A program made the translations under genes and the position numbers. The notes under the pieces are model-generated. The model made no database searches and had not been told where the DNA came from. It saw nothing but the letters and a program-made list of their open reading frames with translations. Shown here piece after piece: positions 57,129 through 64,000 of a stretch of DNA of 64,000 bases (positions are counted from its first letter, which is position 1; each line of letters starts with the position of its first letter). The stretch is taken from NCBI GenBank assembly GCA_964538455.1, contig CAZIDZ010000003.1:129832-193831 (forward strand), in the 5' to 3' direction. The DNA comes from an uncultured bacterium (GTDB taxonomy: Bacteria; Electryoneota; Electryoneia; Electryoneales; Electryoneaceae).

Positions 57129-57386
57129 TCAGCCCTGGCGGCCGCGGACGATTTTCGCGAGACGGGACTTCTTGTCGGCGGCGCGGTTCTTGTGGATGAT
57201 CCCTTTCCCGGCGGCGCGGTCGAGTACCTTCACTGCCGCCGAGAAGGTTTCGGTGGCCTGCTCGGAGCTCTCCGAGTCGCGAACCGCACGGACCGCATCC
57301 TTGATCTTCGCCCGGTATGCCCGGTTGCGGCTGCGTTCACGATCCGACGTCCGCATCCGTTTCTCGTTTGACTTGTGCTGAGGCAT
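57129..57386 (-). CDS. rpsT: 30S ribosomal protein S20
   Basis: An 85-aa Lys/Arg-rich protein with MPQHKSNEKRMRTSDRERSRNRAYRAKIK. Confidence 0.85.
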   Translation of the reverse strand: MPQHKSNEKRMRTSDRERSRNRAYRAKIKDAVRAVRDSESSEQATETFSAAVKVLDRAAGKGIIHKNRAADKKSRLAKIVRGRQG

Positions 57387-57443
57387 CTTCGTATTCCAAC
57401 TTGCAACGGCCGTTTCGTTTCAGAGGCGCAAATATAGGTCACG

Positions 57444-58229
57444 ATGGACAGGCAAGCAAGCGACAAAATCGCGGCTCTCGCGGAGCAGATGCTCGGCGAA
57501 AAACGTGTCTGCGCTCTCACCGGAGCGGGAGTTTCCAGGGAAAGCGGCGTCCCCACATTCCGCGATGAGGACGGCCTCTGGAAAAAGTTCAGGCCCGAGG
57601 AGCTGGCCAACGTCCAGGCCTTTCTCTCCAACCCGGTGCGGGTGTGGGAGTGGTATGATTGGCGGCGCCAGCTGATCGCCGACGTCACTCCGAACCCGGG
57701 GCACGTTGCCTTGGCCGAGTTGGAGCAGCTCGTCTCGCACTTCGTCCTGATCACCCAGAACGTGGATAACCTGCACCGTCAGGCCGGCAGCCGCGACGTA
57801 ATCGAATTGCACGGCAACATCCGCAGGAACAAGTGCTTTGATTGCAATACCGTCTTCCAACTCGAATCCCAGGAATCCCGGCTCGAGTTCGTCCCGGGCG
57901 AGTTGCCCCGCTGCCCGGCGTGTGGCGGACGGCTCCGGCCCGACGTTGTCTGGTTTGGCGAAAACCTCCCCGCTGAGGCGATCGACCGTGCCTGGAGCGA
58001 GGCGGAGCGCTGCGACGTCTTCTTCTCGATCGGGACCTCGGCGATCGTCTATCCGGCCGCCGCGCTGCCGCAGGTCGCTAAGGCCGCAGGGGCGTTTCTC
58101 GTCGAGGTCAATCTTAAGGCCACCGAGTTGACGCCCTTCGCCGACGTTGTTTTCCACGAGGAGTCCGGGCACGTGCTCCCGCTCATCGTAACCGCGTTGA
58201 AAAGCGCCAGACGGGAGGCGCAGGCATGA
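57444..58229 (+). CDS. cobB: NAD-dependent protein deacylase (Sir2/CobB family)
   Basis: GAGVSRESGVPTFRDEDGLW and QNVDNLH are Sir2 motifs. The Zn ribbon is CFDC...CPACGG. Confidence 0.85.
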   Translation: MDRQASDKIAALAEQMLGEKRVCALTGAGVSRESGVPTFRDEDGLWKKFRPEELANVQAFLSNPVRVWEWYDWRRQLIADVTPNPGHVALAELEQLVSHFVLITQNVDNLHRQAGSRDVIELHGNIRRNKCFDCNTVFQLESQESRLEFVPGELPRCPACGGRLRPDVVWFGENLPAEAIDRAWSEAERCDVFFSIGTSAIVYPAAALPQVAKAAGAFLVEVNLKATELTPFADVVFHEESGHVLPLIVTALKSARREAQA

Positions 58230-60505
58230 AACATCCCGCTGCATTCCGCTTGGTCCTCGTCCTGATGGCCGCCGCGGTGATCGCCGGCGGGTGCGCCTAT
58301 TTCAACTCTTTTTACAACACCCGGAAATACTTCGAGCAGGGTGAAAAGGAGCGGGAGAGCACCGCCAGCCAGGGAGCCCGCCCGCAGCAGTACAACAAGT
58401 CCATAGAAGCCGGATCGAGGCTGATCGAATTCTATCCCGATTCGAAGTATATAGACGATGCCCTGTTCATCATGGGGCAGTCCTATTACTGGCTCGGCGA
58501 TTACCACAAGGCGCAGAGAAAATTCCAGGAACTCCAATCGAACTATCCGAACAGCCCCTACTTCGACGCTTCACGCCTCTGGACCGGCAAGGTGTTCGTC
58601 AAATTGAAGAAGCGGCAGGAGGCGACCAACACCCTCCGCGGCCTCATTGCCGATACGGAGGACCCGCAGCTTGTGTCCGGCGCTCAGTACGCGATCGCCG
58701 AGCTCTACTTCGACGATTCCCTCTTCGTCAAGGCGGAGCAGGAGTTCATCAAGGTCACCGCCATCCGCGGTGCAAGCGACGAGACCGTCGGTGAGGCTTA
58801 CTGGAGGGCGGGGGATGCGGCCTTCCGCGAGGGACGGTTCGATGCCGCCGCCGCTCACCTGAAAAACGCCCTCAAGCATAACCTGTCGAGGAGCCTCGTC
58901 TTCGAGGTCAGATTGCTGTATGGCAAGGCGTTGCTCAACGGAGGAAATCCCGAGAAGGCCCTCGGTGAATTCAACTCCCTGCTCAACGACAAGCGCTATT
59001 TCGAGTCCCACAGCAAGGTTCTGATCGAGCAGGCAATCGCGCTGCGAGGGATTGGAAAAGGGGAGCAGGCTCGCTCCGACCTGCAGACGGTGATCGACAC
59101 CTCGCCCCGCTCCGAAGCCGCGGCGCAGGCCTATTACCTGCTCGGCTTCTGGGCCCTGAAGGATGAGGCGGCGCCCGTGAAAGCCCGCGAACTCCTGGAA
59201 AAGGCCAAGGTGGAGCGGGCCCGTTCGCTCTACTCGTTGAAGGCGGACACCCTGCTCAATCGGATTAACAAGGTGCGCAGCCTGAATGAACAGAGACGCT
59301 GGCTCGATCAGCGAATCCACCTTCTCGAGCGGTGGATCGCGGATCCGGTGAATCCGGCGGACACTCTCGCACTCAGCGGGAAGGAGTACTTCGAAAGCAC
59401 GCTTTTCGACAGCCTGAGAATTGCCCCGTTGCTTGCCAGGGCGTATACGGCGGATACCTCCTCGACCGCGGACACCCTTGGCGAGGCGGTCGCCTTTGAC
59501 CCCGAGCCCGTACTCGATTCCCTCGCCCTCGACCGCATCGCGCTGCAGACGGCCCGCTTTCAACTCGGCGAGCTGCTGCTCTTTGAAATGGGGGAGCAGG
59601 ACAGCGCGCTCGCCGTCTTCCGGGAACTCGCTCAGCGCTCCGGCATCGATTCGGTGAGGGCGCGCGCCTGGCTGGCGATCGCCTACCTGCACAAGATGAG
59701 GGGCGAACAGGCCGAACACGATTCGCTGCTCAATAAAATCGCCGATGAGTACGCAACTACGCGCTTCGGCGCCTTCGCCTCGAAAAAACTCGGCCGCGAA
59801 ACCGGGCAGGAACAACTCATCCGCCCCGATCAAGAGGCGTACAGGGACGCCGTCGCCTTGTACACCGATGTCGATCGCCGTCCCGAGGCCTATTCCAAAT
59901 TCCGCTGGATCATCGACCGCTACCCGAATTCCCCCCTGGTCGCCCCTTCGCTCTACGCCGCCGCGCTCATCGCCGTCCGCGACATGGGGGACAGGGCCGC
60001 CGCGGAGGAACTGCTCAACCAACTGGCGAGCAGCTATCCCGCCTCACGCCAGGGCCAGCAGGCCAACCAGTTGCTCGCCGACCTCCAGGAAATACGCGAC
60101 AAGGAGATGGCCGATAGCCTCGGAACGGACACCGGCGAAAGCGATATCCTGTCGGAGGATGAAGTCGACCGGAAACCCGTAATCGTCGGCGGCGTACAGG
60201 CGCTTTCCTCCGTGCTCGACTCGCGCGGGCTGTTGCCCCAGGAGGTGCTCAACGGAGCCGGGGGAGACGTGCTCTTGCGCTACATTGTGCACGCTGACGG
60301 GAGCGCCAGCAATTTCCGCGTCGTCCTCGAGGATCCCCCCGGACGCGGTCTGGCGCGGGCGTTGATTAGCGGCTTGCAGTTGATGGACTTTGCACCCGGA
60401 CTGAAAGCGGGCGAAAAAGTCGACACCCGTGTCGAGCACCGGTTCTCGCTGCCTCTCGATGCACCTCCGAATGTGCGGCCTTTACCAAAGAGACGGGGAG
60501 CGTGA
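58226..60505 (+). CDS. TPR-repeat lipoprotein with C-terminal TonB-C-like domain
   Basis: The lipobox-like signal is AAVIAGGCAY. It has multiple TPR-like helices. The C-terminus VLLRYIVHADGSASNFRVVLEDPP...DTRVEHRFSL is TonB_C-like. Confidence 0.55.
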   Translation: MKHPAAFRLVLVLMAAAVIAGGCAYFNSFYNTRKYFEQGEKERESTASQGARPQQYNKSIEAGSRLIEFYPDSKYIDDALFIMGQSYYWLGDYHKAQRKFQELQSNYPNSPYFDASRLWTGKVFVKLKKRQEATNTLRGLIADTEDPQLVSGAQYAIAELYFDDSLFVKAEQEFIKVTAIRGASDETVGEAYWRAGDAAFREGRFDAAAAHLKNALKHNLSRSLVFEVRLLYGKALLNGGNPEKALGEFNSLLNDKRYFESHSKVLIEQAIALRGIGKGEQARSDLQTVIDTSPRSEAAAQAYYLLGFWALKDEAAPVKARELLEKAKVERARSLYSLKADTLLNRINKVRSLNEQRRWLDQRIHLLERWIADPVNPADTLALSGKEYFESTLFDSLRIAPLLARAYTADTSSTADTLGEAVAFDPEPVLDSLALDRIALQTARFQLGELLLFEMGEQDSALAVFRELAQRSGIDSVRARAWLAIAYLHKMRGEQAEHDSLLNKIADEYATTRFGAFASKKLGRETGQEQLIRPDQEAYRDAVALYTDVDRRPEAYSKFRWIIDRYPNSPLVAPSLYAAALIAVRDMGDRAAAEELLNQLASSYPASRQGQQANQLLADLQEIRDKEMADSLGTDTGESDILSEDEVDRKPVIVGGVQALSSVLDSRGLLPQEVLNGAGGDVLLRYIVHADGSASNFRVVLEDPPGRGLARALISGLQLMDFAPGLKAGEKVDTRVEHRFSLPLDAPPNVRPLPKRRGA

Positions 60506-61314
60506 AGACACTCGAAAATGCCACCGTCGTGGCCAACAACCCGATCCGTGAGACCATCGTTTCTCTCTGGCTGAGGGCTCCCCTGATCGCAGCACGCGCA
60601 CAACCCGGACAGTTCGTTCACGTTCGCATCGCACCGCCCGCGTTTCAGCCGCTCCTCCGAAGGCCGCTCAGCATCGGCAGGGTGCACGGGGAAACGATTG
60701 AGCTCGTCTGGAGGATCGTTGGACAGGGTACGGAAATGCTCGCTCATGTCCGGCCCGGAGACTCCGTGGATCTGCTCGGACCCCTCGGCCATCCCTTTTC
60801 GCTCGATCCGCCTGCGGAAAAATCGCTGCTTGTCGGTGGCGGGCTGGGTGCGCCGCCGATCGTTTTCCTTCACGAATACCTCAAGTCGCTGGGACACGAC
60901 AGCGAGCTGATGATCGGTACGCGGTCACGTGCGGATCTTCCGCTCGCGGACGACGATCCCGTGCTGCAGGAAAGTGCCCTCGCTTTCGAACTCCCCGGCG
61001 ATGGCGCCCATACTGGACTCGTCACCGATCCGCTGGCCGAGAGGCTTTCGAAGCTGCGCGACGAAGGAGCGCTCGCGGGCACCGCCGTGTATGCCTGCGG
61101 ACCCTGGGGCCTTGTCGCCGCTCTGCAGCGGCTGTTGCCCCGGTTCAACCTGTTGCGCGCCGAGGTGTCGCTCGAACAGCAGATGGGGTGCGGGGTGGGG
61201 GTCTGCCAGGGTTGCGCGGTCGTCGCCGAGGGCGGACCGACTCCTTACAGGCTCACCTGCTCGGACGGCCCGGTGTTCGATCTCTTCGCAGTGGAGGTGC
61301 CCGGTGGCCTTTAG
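60502..61314 (+). CDS. pyrK: Dihydroorotate dehydrogenase electron-transfer subunit PyrK
   Basis: It has an FAD/NAD-binding ferredoxin-reductase fold (RPLSIG) and a C-terminal 2Fe-2S Cys cluster, CGVGVCQGCAV. Confidence 0.8.
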   Translation: MKTLENATVVANNPIRETIVSLWLRAPLIAARAQPGQFVHVRIAPPAFQPLLRRPLSIGRVHGETIELVWRIVGQGTEMLAHVRPGDSVDLLGPLGHPFSLDPPAEKSLLVGGGLGAPPIVFLHEYLKSLGHDSELMIGTRSRADLPLADDDPVLQESALAFELPGDGAHTGLVTDPLAERLSKLRDEGALAGTAVYACGPWGLVAALQRLLPRFNLLRAEVSLEQQMGCGVGVCQGCAVVAEGGPTPYRLTCSDGPVFDLFAVEVPGGL

Positions 61315-62248
61315 CCTGAAAACGTCCGTCGGCTCACTGGCGATGAACAGCCCGATCATCGCGGCGTCGGGGTGCTACGGCTACGGAATCGAATACCGCG
61401 AAGTCGCCGATCCCGCCCAGCTCGGTGCGTTTGTCACAAAAAGCATCTCTCTCGAGCGTTGGAAAGGCAACCCGCCTCCCCGGCTGGCGGAGAGCGGGAC
61501 CGGGTTGATCAACAGCATCGGCCTCGCCAACATGGGCGTCGAGCAATTCCTCAACGAGATCGGCCCGCAGCTCTCGACTCTCGGTACAAAAGTGATCGTA
61601 TCGGTCGCCTGCAAGGTTATGGAGGAGTACGCGCAGGTCGTCGAGCGGCTGGAATCGTGTGACGCCGTTGACGGGTACGAACTCAACATCAGCTGCCCGA
61701 ACGTCAAGGAAGGCGGAATGGCGTTCAGCCGCAATCCGCGAGTCACCGAGCAGCTCGTTGCGAGCGTGCGCAAGGTGACGAAAAAGTGGATCTCGTCCAA
61801 ACTCACGCCCAACGTCGCGGAAATCGCAGACGGCGCCATCGCGGCGGAGGCCGGCGGCAGCGACGCGCTCAGCCTGATCAACACTCTCGTCGGCATGGCG
61901 GTGGACTGGAAATCCCGTCGCCCCAGGGTCGCGACCGTCACCGGCGGCTATTCCGGACCGCCGATCAAACCGATCGCCCTCGCGAAAGTCTGGGAGGCGT
62001 ACAACGCAGTCAAAATCCCGATTATCGGCATCGGGGGAATCGTCTCCTGGACCGATGTGCTCGAGTTTCTCATTGTCGGCGCCACCGCCGTGCAGGTGGG
62101 GACAGCACTGTATGCGGATCCGCAGATACCACAAAAATTGAATCTGGAATTGACAAAATATGGCATCGAGCATAGCTTGAGCTCGCTGTCCGAATTGGTC
62201 GGCAGCCTGAAAACGGATCGTGCCGCAACGGTGGGAGTTCCAAGCTGA
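61304..62248 (+). CDS. pyrD: Dihydroorotate dehydrogenase (class 1B) catalytic subunit PyrD
   Basis: NSPIIAASGCYGYG, NSIGLAN and GGIVSW are present. The GTG start overlaps the pyrK stop. Confidence 0.85.
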   Translation: MAFSLKTSVGSLAMNSPIIAASGCYGYGIEYREVADPAQLGAFVTKSISLERWKGNPPPRLAESGTGLINSIGLANMGVEQFLNEIGPQLSTLGTKVIVSVACKVMEEYAQVVERLESCDAVDGYELNISCPNVKEGGMAFSRNPRVTEQLVASVRKVTKKWISSKLTPNVAEIADGAIAAEAGGSDALSLINTLVGMAVDWKSRRPRVATVTGGYSGPPIKPIALAKVWEAYNAVKIPIIGIGGIVSWTDVLEFLIVGATAVQVGTALYADPQIPQKLNLELTKYGIEHSLSSLSELVGSLKTDRAATVGVPS

Positions 62249-62736
62249 TGGACAAGTTTGCCGTCACCCCTGGCAGGGCTTTGCTGCTTCCCCTCGTATT
62301 CCTGGCCCTGATCGGGTTGACCTCGTGCGCTCCGGCTCCGATCTACAAAGGCAGTCGCGGAAGCGTCACCCCGCGAGTCCCGGCTCACGGTCGTTCCACC
62401 GGAACCGAACCCACGGAAAGTTTCCGCGTCGGACAGGTGCTCGTCGGGGAGGCGAGCTATTATGGTCCCGGGTTCCACGGCAAGCTGACGGCGAATGGAG
62501 AGGTGTACGATCAGAACGATTTGACGTGCGCTCACAAAACCCTGCCGTTCAACACAAAACTTCGAATTACATTCATCCCGACGGGAAAATCCGTGATCGT
62601 GCGTGTCAATGACCGTGGTCCCTACAAGCGCGGACGAATCCTCGACCTCAGCGTGGAAGCGGCGCGAAGGCTCGGGATGACCGGAGACGGAACTGGTCTC
62701 GTCCGTGCCCAGATCATCAGCTTGGGAGAGCCGTGA
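62248..62736 (+). CDS. rlpA: RlpA-like lipoprotein (DPBB domain)
   Basis: The DPBB core is GEASYYGPGFHGKLTANGEVYDQNDLTCAHKTLPFNTKLRI...VRVNDRGPY. Confidence 0.75.
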   Translation: MDKFAVTPGRALLLPLVFLALIGLTSCAPAPIYKGSRGSVTPRVPAHGRSTGTEPTESFRVGQVLVGEASYYGPGFHGKLTANGEVYDQNDLTCAHKTLPFNTKLRITFIPTGKSVIVRVNDRGPYKRGRILDLSVEAARRLGMTGDGTGLVRAQIISLGEP

Positions 62737-63557
62737 ACAATCTGTTCAAACGGATTCTCGTTGCGGTCGTCGGCATTCCCTTTGCCGTGGTTGTCATTCT
62801 CCTGGGCGGGTGGGTCTTCACGGCAGTGATCTCGATCCTCGCCGCCGGCACAGCCTACGAACTCATCCGGCTCTCGAACCGCCTTCCCGTCCAGGGAGGC
62901 CCGTGGAAAGCCGCTGTCTTCTCCGCCGCGATGCCGGTCGCCTGCTGGCTGTGGGGCGCGGGAGGGATGCTCATCTTCCTGCTGCTTGTCTTTCTCGTCT
63001 TTTCAATCACTTCCCTGCGCCATCCTCCTCAACAGGGCTTCCCGCATATCACGCTGAACCTCTTCGCCGTCGTCTACAGCGGCGTCCTTTTCGGCGCCAT
63101 GATCCTGTTGAGAAACTCCGGAACCGGCGGGCAGGTGCTCAACGGCGGTTGGTTGCTCCTTTACGCGATGGCCGGGGTGTGGATTGCGGATTCGATTGCG
63201 TTCTTCGTCGGCTCGAGCGTGGGGCGGCGCCCTCTCTCGCCGGTGCTCTCGCCGAAAAAAACCTGGGAGGGGACGATCGCCGGAATCTTCGCCGCCGTCG
63301 CCTGGGGCGTATGGGCGCCGATCATGCCCGAAGGCCTGCTCAGTCTGCCCGACCGAATCGTCGTCGGCGTCCTCATCGGAACTATGGCGGTGTTCGGAGA
63401 TCTGACCGAGTCGATGATGAAACGCGCCGTGAATCTGAAGGATTCAGGAAAACTCTTTCCGGGACACGGCGGCATGCTCGACCGCTTCGACAGCCTGCTG
63501 GTCGTTCTTTCTTCCGTGTACGTGTATCTGGTCATTCGCGGAATAATTCCCCTTTAG
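62733..63557 (+). CDS. cdsA: Phosphatidate cytidylyltransferase
   Basis: A polytopic membrane protein with the C-terminal signature KTWEGTIAG...DLTESMMKRAVNLKDSGKLFPGHGGMLDRFDSL. Confidence 0.8.
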   Translation: MNNLFKRILVAVVGIPFAVVVILLGGWVFTAVISILAAGTAYELIRLSNRLPVQGGPWKAAVFSAAMPVACWLWGAGGMLIFLLLVFLVFSITSLRHPPQQGFPHITLNLFAVVYSGVLFGAMILLRNSGTGGQVLNGGWLLLYAMAGVWIADSIAFFVGSSVGRRPLSPVLSPKKTWEGTIAGIFAAVAWGVWAPIMPEGLLSLPDRIVVGVLIGTMAVFGDLTESMMKRAVNLKDSGKLFPGHGGMLDRFDSLLVVLSSVYVYLVIRGIIPL

Positions 63558-63999
63558 ACGGATTCGCCGCCGTCCGCCAAAAGGCCGCCTCCACCCTCCG
63601 CACCCGGCTCCGCAGTGTGTGCCACGACTCCCGTGGATGGAATTTCGAGGATGAATTTCGCCCCGCCCAGCGCTTCCGAGGTTTCCATACGAATCTCCCC
63701 GCCGTGCCGCCGCGCCACATTCCGCACCACCGGCAACCCGAGCCCGATCCCGGAGCTCTTCGTCGTCTGGTAGGGCTCGAAGATCGCATCGCCGAGTTCC
63801 GCGGGAACCCCGGGGCCGGAGTCTTCGACAATGAATCTCAACACATCTCCCGCTTCCCTGACCGTCAATCGCACCTGCCCGTCGCCGGCAGCCTGACACG
63901 CGTTTTCGACAAGGTTGAGCAGCGCTCGTTTCAGCTTTTCGCGGTCCACCGGAATCTCCGCGTTACTGCCCTCGATCACGCAGTCGAGCCGCTCCTTGT
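63554..63999 (-). CDS. Sensor histidine kinase, C-terminal part only (gene continues past window end)
   Basis: HATPase_c motifs are present: LLNLVENACQA, EDSGPGVP, GIGLGL. Confidence 0.7.
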   Translation of the reverse strand, partial: KERLDCVIEGSNAEIPVDREKLKRALLNLVENACQAAGDGQVRLTVREAGDVLRFIVEDSGPGVPAELGDAIFEPYQTTKSSGIGLGLPVVRNVARRHGGEIRMETSEALGGAKFILEIPSTGVVAHTAEPGAEGGGGLLADGGESV

Positions 64000-64000
64000 A

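Overview
This is a high-GC (~60-65%) chromosomal window from a Gram-negative, probably polar-flagellated bacterium. Two-thirds of it is a partial flagellar regulon. On the + strand the order is REC-PAS-HK, REC-HD-GYP, fliR-flhB-flhA-flhF-flhG-orf-fliA, two unknowns, flgF-flgG-flgA-flgH-flgI-flgJ(SLT type)-flgN-like-flgK-flgL, then a ~14 kb translationally coupled block of glycosyltransferase-family genes, then a sigma-28 promoter, a short flagellin (fliC), fliD, fliS, an flgM-like gene and dnaJ. That ~14 kb block contains GT2x2+TPR, three GT9/heptosyltransferase-like, three CgeB/DUF3880-like and one Maf/DUF115-like domains. It contains no sugar-precursor biosynthesis genes and looks like an undescribed flagellin modification island. 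Downstream is a minus-strand block, upstream to downstream wzz-wzy(low GC)-GT2-sugar phosphotransferase-serS-trkA-trkH. After that come a wzx flippase, nhaC, a GH2-like/Yip1-like membrane protein, guaB, rpsT, sir2, a TPR/TonB-C lipoprotein, pyrK-pyrD, rlpA, cdsA and the 3' end of a histidine kinase. I found no rRNA, tRNA, CRISPR or transposase. Many long ORFs in the six-frame track are antisense artefacts of GC-rich coding DNA. Every domain call was made by eye from motifs and none has been checked by alignment or HMM.
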